DNA of 64,000 nt, taken from the NCBI GenBank assembly GCA_001949185.1, contig BDGG01000001.1:5989591-6053590 (forward strand), written 5' to 3'. A program made the position numbers and the translations under genes. Of this stretch, positions 13,797 through 25,335 are shown in pieces (within the stretch, counting starts at the first letter, position 1; each line of letters begins with the position of its first letter). This DNA comes from Ramazzottius varieornatus (Eukaryota > Animalia > Tardigrada). A model generated the notes under the pieces. The model did no database searches and had not been told where the DNA came from. It was given only the letters and a program-made list of their open reading frames with translations.

Positions 13797-13886
13797 CTGA
13801 AGATCAGAATATTACGGTGAAGCCTTAATATTCTGAAGATCAGAATATTACGAAGATTCTGATATTACGGTGAAGCCGTAATATTT
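13797..13886. repeat. Local direct/inverted repeat cluster (ctgaagatcagaatattacg, tattacggtgaagcc)
   Basis: Units repeated 2-3 times upstream of RSPH14. Confidence 0.7.
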
Positions 13887-16117
13887 TCCATGCATCGCAC
13901 CGACCCGATTTTTGTCCTCCGTGATCGAAGCTGTGATCATCAAGCAGACCTTGCTGCTAGTTGAGCACCCTAACATCTGCAGAGGAAAAAGACAAAGCTT
14001 ACAGCTCGAAGTTTCCATTGTTACATACTGATCTCTTTGACTTCGAAGACCCCGTCCCCGAAAGTCCTCGAAACGTCCTCGAAACTCAGGAACACTCAAG
14101 CCACACCATTTTGTCCACCAGAATTTGTACCGTCGTCATTCTTACTCATGATTTACTGCATATACGGCATAGTGGCGTCTGTAAATTTGAAAGACACAAG
14201 CAGAGAAAATGGATTCATAAGATCTTGATTGTATAAGATGATGGCGGTGATGATGGGGAACTAGTTTGAACATTCAACTTCAAATCTCCACCGGGGGCTC
14301 TGTAGCGCCCAGACCAAATCCACCGAAGGCCTTGTGCCGGCCTCCACCAAACTCTGAAAATAGTCAGAAGCCCTCGCTGGACATAATCGTACTTACATTG
14401 TGTGTTCAACTGACGATTTCGACTTACGCGATGACGAAATCAGCATGAAAAACAACAGAAAGCTCTCTGCTGGTTGGCGCGACTCCCTTGAAGGAGCATA
14501 CCGGTATTCCTCAGAGGATGCGGACTGACTGGAGATCCAGGTTCGCTTTTCGCGTAGCCTACCTCGAAGGTGGGGCGACATTGTTAGCTCTGTTGTTTCC
14601 TCCTGTTGGTGTCAAAACACTGGTAACTTTAAACCCACCACAGTCACGTGACTATACAGTACTACACTGTAAATTGGGGGACCATTATGGATTTTGATCG
14701 AGTAGCATACCGACAACAGCCAACGCTTGACAGATTCTCTGGTTTGACGATAACCAATACTGGCCGTCCTACAGATGGCGACGGTCAAGATACAACATAT
14801 TATCATCACAGTCCAGCTCCTCGATGCCCGGATCATTGTACCGCAGATTTCATCACAACAAGCTTATTGTAGAAGGCCATAAAAAAATCGATCCTAAAAC
14901 ACACCACATGCTGAGCAAAGCCGTAGCAAGGAGTAGCTCGTATGCAGAAGCATTTTTCAGCGTCGCTAAACGGCGAATTTAGCCTCGATGTCTGTTCGAA
15001 CTTGATGGGTCGAGTCACTTGTGAAAGACAAAAGAGATGAACTTGGCAGAGAAAGGCGAGCAGTGCTCCTTAGAATGACTGTAGGCCCAGAAGATCGAGG
15101 CCTTGTGGTTGTGTACCCGGTGTTTCCTTTGTTCCGGGCCCGTTCGAACCTGGGTTGAGTGCGACCAACTTCCTCCCAGCAGGTTCTGCAATTACATGAT
15201 GAACCAGCACATGATAATATGCCATTTAACACTACGGTATGTCTAGCATCAACGAACAAGGATACCACCAACTTCTCTCAACACCTGTAAGGGCCAGCAG
15301 AAACAGCAACAGGGGATTTTGCTGTCCGCCACTGTTTCCAAGTCTCGATCGTTCTGCCTTCCGCGTTCGATGGTGATATCCTCTCTGATAGTGGAAAACA
15401 ATCTCTTCAGAAGAGCTGGATTGCTGGGCAAACTTCCCCGACAGTGGCCGCAGCATAAGCCGCAAACGGTCACTAGAGAACAGTAATCCTAAAACTTCGG
15501 GAAAGGGTAAAAGAAGCATTATGACAGTATAGTTAAGAAGCGCTGGACGGAGATGCATTTTTACGTCTGGAAGGTGACATCATTGCGGGCATACCGCTTT
15601 ACGCTCGCTAATATTTAGTATGGAAAATTGTCAAAGGTATGTCTATGAGCGCACTTTGGCGGTCGGAGATGTAAGCTTGTAGTGACAGGACTTCCTCACT
15701 TAATTTCACTCGGACTTTGAGACGTGCGGCGCTACTATACTGTGTCTTATAAACGAACATGTAAATTACTGCGGCGCGCATGAATATGGTCTCGGCATGG
15801 ATGGTGAATTTGTTTAAAGTTTAGGACCTTCAGCACAAAGTTATGCAAGTAACAGCTGATGGGGTAGTATTCAACACGGGCAGCAACTTTGAAGTACTGT
15901 GAACTGGATTTGACGAAAACCGAGCTATTTGTTTTGTAGACCACAGCCATGTAAACACAATACGAATAGAAAGTCCAGGGATTCGATGTGCAGTAAGTTA
16001 TCAACGGATACTATAAATAACGTAACCGGTCAAAGGTACATGCTTAAGACGGCATACCAGGAAGTCGAGTATTCTCCATTGTTTCGTTCACAGAACCAAG
16101 AGCCAAACGGTCGGCAA

Positions 16118-16309
16118 TCAAGTGCAAACGCCTTCTTCTTGTCCCAACTGAACATTACACATGCCGGAACAGCAGGCCTTCATGGATATTTCCGGTCGCC
16201 AGGTACAAGGGGTTCCTGTAGCCATACATGTTCGCGCAGCATCAGCGAGTGCGAAAACCAATAGCGCCACCAGGAATAACAGAATACGGCATTTGACAAA
16301 AGTCCACAT
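16118..16309 (-). CDS. Secreted inhibitor-cystine-knot (knottin, conotoxin-like) peptide, 63 aa
   Basis: Signal peptide MWTFVKCRILLFLVALLVFALADA, then ARTCMATGTPCTWRPEISMKACCSGMCNVQLGQEEGVCT with framework C-x6-C-x10-CC-x3-C-x10-C. Confidence 0.8.
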   Translation of the reverse strand: MWTFVKCRILLFLVALLVFALADAARTCMATGTPCTWRPEISMKACCSGMCNVQLGQEEGVCT

Positions 16310-16830
16310 GGTAAATCGCAGGTTCGATGCGTTGTAAAACAGATGAACAGAGAAAGGCCTGATACGGCTCATGGAATGAAAATTGTACTGGAAGAAACGC
16401 TGTAGTAATGTGGCGTAGTGAGAAGGACCCTTCCGTGGTACACACCTACAGTATACTGTGACATTCGTTACATAAGCCGCGATCTGCTGATATCGAACTG
16501 TAGAAGAAAAAATCCGTCTTACAATATTTCATTTGAACAGAAGAGAGAACGTCAACTGCATTCGGATTATTTTTGGCACCAAAGAAAAAGGTATTGTGAA
16601 AACATGAAAAGTGAAAGAGCAAAATGCTATGTATCGTTATAAATGTGGTCTGGATTGCATTTTCAAACATGCAAGAAAAGTATAAAATCATTTGAGCAAC
16701 AAGATAAAAATCACAGAAGATAATCGGAAGGTTTAGTCCAGGAAGACCAGCTCACCAGTCAATCACCACAAGAAATCAGTAAACAGTGCCGACGGAACTT
16801 TGAGCTCACGACCAGGAAGTATCAAATACT

Positions 16831-19169
16831 TCATATTCGTGAATGTTCTGGGTCGTCCGCAGCGACATTGTCCAAGCTGCTAACACTAGCTGTACTAGCA
16901 ATACCGTCGATGCCTTCGTACAAGTCCACGACTTTTGCCGGTCTCCGGTACAGACAGTAGTGTTGCGAGATGAAAAGCACGTCGAAGAAGATGGACAAGA
17001 GGCCGAGACCGATCTTTGTAGGGTTGCCCACCGTCGACGACCAATCATCTACGTCCAAAAAAAACCCGCTTGAAACAGAGCCATGTGACTGTCAAACGGA
17101 AGGACTGAGAAACCTCGACCATACCGAAGTTGTAGGCTGTGATAAAGAGCTGAGCAATCGACAATGTTCCACCGGTGAAGTCCAACAGGACGTTGCCGAT
17201 GCTCCATCCGACGGTGCTCTTCCTCTTATAATTCATCCAGACCTGAAAATTGAAACCGATGAAGGTCTTTTTACAAGAATAAACGGGGAAGGTAACTTCA
17301 AGCTGAGTACAGCCAAGCCTGGAATTGGCTCATAACTAACCTGCGGGAGGTACTTTATGAGTGTGATGGTTAACTTGACATAGGAGAAATAGTAAAGATA
17401 GTCCAGCCACAAGATGACATGCGTGACCGAGAGGAGCAGAAGGATGATGGTAGTCAGCCAGAGTCCGCCTAGCCCGAGGATGGTTCCTTTGAATAGCTTC
17501 TGGCCATCACTCTGCAAGAAGAAGTCCGTCTACGGTGCTTCGTCATATGCTACAGTTTGCAGCACGTACTCTAAAGTGCCAATGAAGTGGGACAAGATTG
17601 GTCCGGGTAAAGAATCCCCCCGGTACGCGCCGTTTTGGCTGTTATGTGTCATGTCATAGCGGTCAGCTGATCGATACACACGTTGACCAGATATTTCACC
17701 CACCATCCGCGCGGTCTTTTTACACGCACCCGGACCCAAACCTGTCCCGCATCATTGGCACTTTAAAGTATGCACGGATCTCGTACCCCAAATTCTCAGT
17801 GAAAAACATGAAGCAAGCGACAGAAGCTAAAGCGTGCCGTACCTCGTAAATGAAGCACTGGACTATGGAGACCAACGTCAGACAGACAGCGTGAATGGCG
17901 AAGAAGACGTCGTTAGGCTCTACTGGAATTATTCCTCGTGGGTGTCTCGCGTAGTACTGGTCCTGGGGAGAAAGCAACAAGATTTGTCACACCGTGAGCA
18001 ACGCAGTTAGCAGTAGATATAGGCCAGTAAGGTAACTGACCTGAATTTGCGGAATGTAGTACAGACCAACGTTGAAGATGGCGTAGCACAGGAAGCCGGT
18101 GATGTTCAACGCTAAGAAATCAAAGCTCAATCCAGCCACACTAACAACAGACACCGAGGAATGAACAAGTAAATTTAAGAAGGGAACGCCGCAAAGTTCA
18201 AAACGTGGAGTTTAGTAGTATACTACACTGTACCTCTTCCGCCGGAAGTTGACGATAATTTGTGGGTAAAACGAAACGGACCACGCGATGAAGTAGAGCC
18301 AGCCAATTACTTCGCTGAATGTCGCCAGTGCCACATGGTGAACTATCGAGACCTTCAGGAATGTATGCTTGGACCTAGAAAGAGTGGAAAATTACTCACT
18401 TCCGGTAACAAGAGGAAACAAATCCGCGGAATTTTCTTACGCGTTCAGCATTCGGTTCTCTGCATCTTCCAAGCCCAACAGCAACATCCCCGCCCGTCCG
18501 GTCGACGTCAAGTTTCTTCTGTACTCCAACATAGTATACAGCGGAGGAATAGTGAAGTTGTCCAACGGTTGTACTAGATCATTGCGGTCGTAGGTCCAAA
18601 TGGCATAGACTGACTTTGACAGGCAACCACTGCAAAAATAAAAAACTTGTGTTCAACATATGCAGTCAAATGAGACGAGGCACAACTGGCAACATCCGCT
18701 AGTCTAATTTGGCAGCCCTTGAGGTTGGGCTTCTAGCGGAACAAATAGTGGACACTCGTCCGAGATTCCGGTGAGCATGACGGAAAACAGCAACCGGAAG
18801 TTGTCTTAATAATGTCAATGACTCGATGTACGTCCTGTGTTTTGTTCAAAGCCTGTTGAGTTAGCTACACCGTAAGGCAAAATCAGAGCATTTACCGTAT
18901 GTGAAGAGTAAAGTCGGTAGATTTCCGAGTCTCGAGGGTGATGGAAGGTGGATCAAAGCTGGTTTCCAGTCCTACAGCAGTCAAATCCAATGCAAAGTAT
19001 CACATGCAAAGCGGAACGGCACGTAGCCGGATAAGCGCTATTGCTTACCTTCGGTGACATTCTCGCATATGGTCTGAGTCTTCACGACAACAAAGGAGCT
19101 TGAGAACGAGGCGAGGAGGAGGAAGATATACGAGAACAATAATAGACTCTGAAAGCGCGTCTTTGACAT
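16831..19169 (-). CDS. CTNS: Cystinosin, lysosomal cystine/H+ symporter (PQ-loop)
   Basis: Multi-exon gene with a signal peptide from ATG 19169. Motifs [65 protein letters not shown] and [25 protein letters not shown]-terminal YEGI is a YxxΦ motif. Confidence 0.95.
17569..17768. mobile_element. MITE with TA TSD in a cystinosin intron
   Basis: TA-ctctaaagtgccaatgaagtgggacaag… / …cctgtcccgcatcattggcactttaaag-TA inverted termini. Confidence 0.8.
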
Positions 19170-19628
19170 GGCTGAGTTAAGTATTGATAGCTTGATTGTT
19201 GATCAGCTGGCCCAGAATCGCTCCCAAATTCTAATATAAATCCACTGTAAGCTTGAAATTCGATGCTTCCTCAACGATGAAATCTGGACATCCTTCCACA
19301 CACCAGAGTTGCTCCAAGACAGGCGTGCGATGTCTCGGCCAGAAGAACGGCAAATAAGGATCCAAAAAGGAGCTGAAAACGTATCGTATCAATCACGGTT
19401 CGCGAATCGCGAGTCGCGACCGAGAGATAAACCATAACAAACGAGGCAAAGTTCATGATTCATCGAAATTCGAGAGTAAGAAAGTTTTTTTGAAATGACG
19501 TTATGGCGTCATAAGTGTCCGCATTAACCGGTGTGGCGAGCAGCGCCACACAGCACAGCCGTGTGATGTCACACGTCTTTAGCGCAAGCCATTCGGTTGA
19601 TCGGAGGCTTGGGCTATTTGGCGCAAGT

Positions 19629-20060
19629 TAGAGCATTGGGCCGCAGGTCCAAAAGTACGCTGTAACTGTGCTGCGCACATTACCAGGGCGCTGTACGCTG
19701 CGCTCTGCTGCACAACTTTCATGCCCAGTGGCTAAGCAGCTGTGCTGATGCACGTTGACCCGGTGCAACTGCGCGGAATGCCGATGTATTGACGTGGATT
19801 GTAATTCAGACAGCGAAATCGGTAGTCAACCTGGAGAACGTTGCCCTAAAGTACGGCAAAGCTGAGACGGCTGACGTTCCAATGCCCAAAAACTGTAATT
19901 TTTGTTAGGTTTCGGTAGGTGCATCTGCGCGGTAGTCTATGGCTTTCTGCTGTGTGCTGTGCTGTGCCGCACAAATTTCGTCAGTCCATGCGCTACAGCT
20001 GTGCTGCAGCACAACTCAGCTGCAGTACAGTACAGCGCTGCGGCCAGATTCCGTGCTCTA
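19629..20060. mobile_element. Probable hAT-like MITE (TAGAGCA…TGCTCTA ends, GCTGT/ACAGC subterminal repeats)
   Basis: Inverted termini and many gctgt/acagc motifs. No clear TSD. Confidence 0.5.
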
Positions 20061-20190
20061 CGACATGACATGACTTGCGATTGTGGTATACTGTACTTCA
20101 GATATCCGTCCGGAAGTCAGACCGCTGAGTTTCGTGGCTGAATCGAAGTGTAATGTACCTTGTGAAAACAGGCAGTTCACGGTGCTTCAT

Positions 20191-21795
20191 TTACAGCACG
20201 CACGCGGGGTTCCTTCGAATATGTTCGAAAATCCCACCCTCAGAACCATCTATACAACAAGCTACGAAAGGCGTCAAATCCAACAGGGAACCGGTGAAAA
20301 ACCTCAAAAACTTATTCTGTTCAGGCTTGTCAACATGACAGCGCAGACGTTTGCTGACGAAATCGTCGTGGAAAGCAATGTGACCACAAGGTACAAATTC
20401 GGACAAGAGCGGAGACCACACCTTCAACTCATACCGCAACGCTTCTGAGATGCCCAGCTTGCTCGCCGGAAGAGACACTAGTCTAAAACGCAGCCCTAAA
20501 CTCAAATAAAAACTCTTGAAGAGCTCCAGTGTTTCTGTCAAGTATTCTTCCGTCGTTTCCGCGTCAGTGAAGGCCGTACAGAACGAGACTGTGTGCGTTT
20601 GGGAAGGACGAAAGATCCGACAGTACTTTTCGTCCTCTTCTTCTTCGAGGCCCTTGTTGCTTACAGCTCGGTACACGCGACTAGAGCTGTGCAGCCTTAT
20701 GGGAAGGATATTCTCTGCAGCTTCACAGTTGGTAAAATGGGCAGCGTACAGGTTGACGGTAGAATTGGTGAGAAACAGCGAACGGAAGAGGGAACCGCGA
20801 GTGTCGACGGTATCAATGAGGAAGGGCTGATTCGGCTTCACGTTGATTAAACTTCCGGTTGTAGCACTGACATCATCGTGGTCATCGCTGATGAAGCCAG
20901 TTCCTTCCACAACGACTGACCTGTACAAATGTGGACCTGATATTCCGGAGTAGCCTTTCTCTTCTAAAAAGCTTCTTCCGTAGTTTAACAACTTCAACTC
21001 CAGCTCTGCAGCTTGCCCCCGAAGAAAGTATCCCCGCGGAGCTTCGTCAGTATATTCGACTAGTCTTGACTGCTGAAGCGCCTTGTTGACGTCATGAGCT
21101 TCAACCCGAACTTTTTCCCTCCGTGCCACTCTGTTGGCAGCATTGACCGAGTTTGAATTTAATTTTGAACATTCCATAAACTGGACTTCTTGATCTGCTG
21201 TCGTGTCAAAGGATACAAATGGATTGTTTCCCATCGGGACATACTTGTGAAGCCTGACAGGGAGCTTCAGCAGGGTAGTGATGGTGTCGATCTCGATCTC
21301 GGCGATATCTTTGTTGAGCTGCTTAATTTCACCGCGAAGGAGACGGCCTTTCAGCTTGCTTTCTTCATCGACATCGCTCGGCTTGGAGAAATTCTCTACA
21401 GATTGTTTCCTTCTGGTTTCCAGCTCCGCTCGACGTTTCCATAATTCTTGAAGCCTCGTCCATAATGCTGAACATTTGTGGAGGTCGAAAGATAGCTGGC
21501 GTAGGGTAATCTCTTGCTGGTAATTGTCCAGGTCGGCAAAGCGCTCATCAAAATCAAAGTGGGGATCAACAACAAACGTCGCGAACTGCGAGCTGCTACC
21601 GGAAACAAACAGAGCTGTCCGGGGTGGGATAAAATCGGTCGTTTGAAAGACGGTTCTGTCTTTCTCCTTGGTTTTGAGGAACAACGAAGAGGTGTGAAAT
21701 GAATGCTTTGGCAGAATAGCATAGTCAGACGCGCGAGGGATAGTCGACACAGCGTTCCATCTTGATAGCCTTGTCCATATCCACACGGCTCTCAT
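20191..21795 (-). CDS. Mitochondrial seryl-tRNA synthetase-like paralogue (SLIMP-like), probably non-catalytic
   Basis: Intronless 534-aa ORF with a presequence-like N-terminus, coiled-coil arm and SerRS catalytic-fold remnants (YFLRGQAAELE, FRLVSLPASKLG, HDDFVSKRL). The GTAE, FRxE and HQFxKVE motifs are replaced. Confidence 0.8.
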   Translation of the reverse strand: MRAVWIWTRLSRWNAVSTIPRASDYAILPKHSFHTSSLFLKTKEKDRTVFQTTDFIPPRTALFVSGSSSQFATFVVDPHFDFDERFADLDNYQQEITLRQLSFDLHKCSALWTRLQELWKRRAELETRRKQSVENFSKPSDVDEESKLKGRLLRGEIKQLNKDIAEIEIDTITTLLKLPVRLHKYVPMGNNPFVSFDTTADQEVQFMECSKLNSNSVNAANRVARREKVRVEAHDVNKALQQSRLVEYTDEAPRGYFLRGQAAELELKLLNYGRSFLEEKGYSGISGPHLYRSVVVEGTGFISDDHDDVSATTGSLINVKPNQPFLIDTVDTRGSLFRSLFLTNSTVNLYAAHFTNCEAAENILPIRLHSSSRVYRAVSNKGLEEEEDEKYCRIFRPSQTHTVSFCTAFTDAETTEEYLTETLELFKSFYLSLGLRFRLVSLPASKLGISEALRYELKVWSPLLSEFVPCGHIAFHDDFVSKRLRCHVDKPEQNKFLRFFTGSLLDLTPFVACCIDGSEGGIFEHIRRNPACVL

Positions 21796-22447
21796 TGTTC
21801 CTTGAGAGCACGTTGTCCTAAAAACAGGGAAACATCAGAGCCACGGTTCAAGGACGGAAATTTCAGGAAGAGGGAGAATTTCAGAGCGAAAAATTGATAG
21901 CATAATTAATAGAATTATAGACATCAAACATGCCGGAGAGACCTATCAACAATCAAGAGCAGCCCATGGGTTGAGCCTAAACTGCTCGATCGGTTCAGGT
22001 CTATTAAACCAGCCGGCGAATAAGCCTATTTCGCAACTCGGAAAGGCGGAGCTACGCCTGCTACGGCAAGTAACGCAACCACTGTTTACGATTTCACGTG
22101 CGGTACTGTGGTGAAAGCAACGTAGTTTGGGCACGCGGGTGCGTGAGTCGATAGAATCGATGCGGTGATGTCCGCAACAGACTAATAAAGTCACATGTTA
22201 AAACTGCGGTGGATATTCAACTGCCAGTCACGTGGACTTCTTACGTATACACGGTGGAACGTGGTGAACAGATGGAACGTCGATGCTTTCCCAATCACGT
22301 CACAGAAAATTTTTCTAAGTTCTGACAGTCAAGTCGGCTTTTACAGTAGGTTCTTCCGTTTTCCGTAGCGTCCCAGTCTGAAGCCGCTTCCACTTGCGGT
22401 TGTATGTCTTTCGTGTTGATTCTGGAAGATCCGTCGATACCTGCACC

Positions 22448-23075
22448 ATGGTGAAGTTTATGAAAGCGGGCAAAGTTGTCCTAATCCTCAGTGGGAAGTA
22501 CGCCGGACGGAAAGCCCTCGTAATAAAGGTATGGAGTGTATCGCTGATTGATCACACTTAAATGACGATGTTCGTTGGTTTTGATGTCGGCCATGTGTTC
22601 TCTGTGCAGAATTACGATGATGGTGCTGGTGATAAGCAGTACGGCCATGCACTAGTTGCTGGAATCGACAGATATCCCAGAAAAGTCACCAAGACGATGG
22701 GCAAGAAGAAGATTGCCAAACGATCACACATCAAGCCCTTTGTGAAAGTCATAAACTACAACCACATGATCCCAACCCGGTAAGTCGATCACAGAAACAT
22801 GTTGTTATTGTTTTGGAATATTTGGATCATTTTGAGAGTGATGGTGGAGGAAACGGAGTGATCAGTATTCCTGTATCATTCTAAATTGTTTAGTTAGAAC
22901 ATATTTTCCTTGCAGTTACTCCGTCGATATTACCTTTGAAAAGAACAGCGTCAACAAGGACGTTTTCAGAGATCCCGCACTAAGAAGGAAAGCCCGATCG
23001 GAGGTAAAGAAGAAGTTCGAAGAGCGATACAAAACCGGAAAGAACAAATGGTTTTTCACCAAGTTAAGATTTTAG
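22448..23075 (+). CDS. RPL27: 60S ribosomal protein L27 (eL27)
   Basis: Exons 22448-22528, 22610-22779 and 22916-23075: [23 protein letters not shown]…[18 protein letters not shown]…[17 protein letters not shown]. Confidence 0.97.
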
Positions 23076-23144
23076 ACTATTCAGACGGACATATCGTTGG
23101 CTTCTTTTCTCGTCACATCCCCTGCTTTTTCGACTCTTCTGATG

Positions 23145-23150
23145 AATAAA
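23145..23150 (+). promoter_or_regulatory. Polyadenylation signal of RPL27
   Basis: AATAAA 70 nt after the stop codon. Confidence 0.7.
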
Positions 23151-23852
23151 AATGAAAAATCTTGGACCTGCCATCTGTGAGCGGATTTTCTCCTTTGATA
23201 TCAATCGGAGAAGCAAGCCAGTTTTTCCAGAGCAGAAGGTGTTGACTTCCGATCAAAAGAAACTTCTTCAGAAACCGTCTGCTCGCTTGATTGATTCATG
23301 GTTGATTGAGCAGTGAATGCACCAGTTCAAGCAAGCAGTGTGGTTCCTACTGTGACGTCACAACCAGGTGGTAACCGTTTGTGGCCGAAGACGTTGTTGC
23401 ATACAGCCTGCCATCTGGCAGAGCCGGAAACGTCCTTGTCACCATTTAGAAAAGCCATTCGCTTACCAACGGAGCGACACGTACGACTACTGTAGAACCA
23501 TTGACGGTGCTTTTTAGGTTCTTAAGCCCAGAAGATCGAAGCGCTGCTGAATGATTTATTTTGCAAGCTCAAATTACCGAGAAAGAGAACACAATATAAG
23601 TAAACGAAACTCAGTTGGACATCATGAAGTGGAAAGGAAATATCGACGCTAGGGCCGGGCACTCCTTGGCTGCGCAGGACCTCTGGATTCTCTCGAGGAC
23701 GCAGGTGGCGGTGGTACATCGAGTTCCGCGATCCTGGGAAACTGTGAATCGGAGTCCTCGTCCGCGAACAGATCTGCAGATCAAATGAACACACCTTCAG
23801 GCACTGAAAGTACAGGTATGACATTGTGTCAGTTTCCAATGTCCGTCATGAT

Positions 23853-24562
23853 TCCTACGGTTCCAGTAACCCAGATATATTTAGCTTAGGAGAACGCGTA
23901 CATGGAAAAAGACCACCGAAAAAGGGATCGCCGAAACCTAAAAAGACACGCAGAATTCTGGGTTCATGAACGTACCACCAATGTCAAACGGAAAACCCTC
24001 GAAGCCCCCGAAGAATGGCACACCAGGTTCTGGAGGTGGGGCGATGATGGGAGTCTCTCCTTCCGGTCCTTCCTTGTCACCGCCTCCGGCTGTTCCGCCT
24101 GCAGCTCCGCCTTTCCCTGCTCTTCCAGCCGAGCCTCCTCTTCCTACAGAACACTGTCCGTTAGCGACTAAATTGCTTTATTTCTGCAGGTCTCACCTGT
24201 CAAGCTGCTAAAGACGATTCCCCACAGAAGAGCCCGGGTGTTCAAAGTCGGTGTGGAAGGTCCCGGCCGATAAAAATAATTCACGTTGTTGTGCTGTTCT
24301 TCCGAAGATTCGCTGTCATCGTCGTCATCCCGCTTCATACGTTTCAGTGACCTTTCCAGCCAAGTGGAAAGCTTCATATTTCTCTGTAAAAGTATCGGAT
24401 AATACAACCACATAAAAATCTTCTTCCTTGTCGGCAGGCGGGAAATTCGGACAGGCTTACTCCGGACAGATTCAACGCCACAGCCGATACGAGGGTCCGC
24501 AGTAATTCCGGGAGAACCAGGAAGACAAGAATGATAGCCAATTTTACGAAACTCAGCCTCAT
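23853..24562 (-). CDS. Uncharacterised secreted acidic, Gly/Pro/Phe-rich protein
   Basis: Exons 24562-24461 (signal peptide MRLSFVKLAIILVFLVL…), 24383-24197 (LKRMKRDDDDDSESSEE…), 24143-23976 (Gly-rich, PFFGGFEGFPF) and 23937-23902 (GFGDPFFGGLFP). Phases are consistent. The exact 3' end is uncertain. Confidence 0.65.
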
Positions 24563-25335
24563 CGTGCCACTCTCAGCTGCATGGCTAGGTCGTTCCTGTT
24601 AGTCGTTTTCTCGAGAAACATGCAGGAACGCGGTAAAGTCAGCAGAAACGAGCTCATTGCTGTTTATCAAGATAGAGGTACCAAATGCTCAAATTAGGCG
24701 AACGGCCATCTGTCCGATGTCGCGTGGACGGCTCACAATGGGTTGCTGTACCCGGCTGAAAGACCGGACTGCTGGCAAAACATATCGACTTTCCTTATTG
24801 GATCACCGAGTGCGTCAGATAGTTGGCATCTTCCGGTGATGACTGAGCTGCACGAGCGGTCAAGTGGGTACTGGTCTGAAGTACACGCAAATGTGTCGGG
24901 GAGCGAAATCTATGAGTTGTTTTCTCATCTGTTAACCTTGAAAGAATATTTCGCCGAATTCGTACGTGCTTGTTCTTGTGTCTTTCCTAGAAAAATCCAG
25001 AAGTTTCGTGAACCTGACCGTAAATAAGACAGCTTTGGTTATATAGAGCGACATTTGGTCAGAGCGAAATTTAGTCAGCGGTTTGCGTGATGGAAAAGTC
25101 CCGCAGGCGAAAGATCTTGCAACAATGCCTGAAAAGAAATTAAGAGAAATAACAAAGCACAAACGACTGTAAAATTACCGACAAAATTCCCTACAAGCTG
25201 AGCAATGCATTATTTTGCATCACCGAAGAATCAAAAGCATTGGTGAACGCTCATAAACTCCACCATAAAAATTCTTCAGAGGAAACAACATGCCTCTTTG
25301 ACGGAGACCATCTCCAGCAAAGCCAAGACACTGCT

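Noticed and set aside
22780-22915. Intronic snoRNA in RPL27 intron 2
   Set aside because: Only imperfect boxes are present (GTGATGG, CTAA), with no clear H box or terminal stem.
23966-24211. Pro-rich ORF on the + strand
   Set aside because: It is the antisense shadow of the Gly-rich exon of the minus-strand gene.
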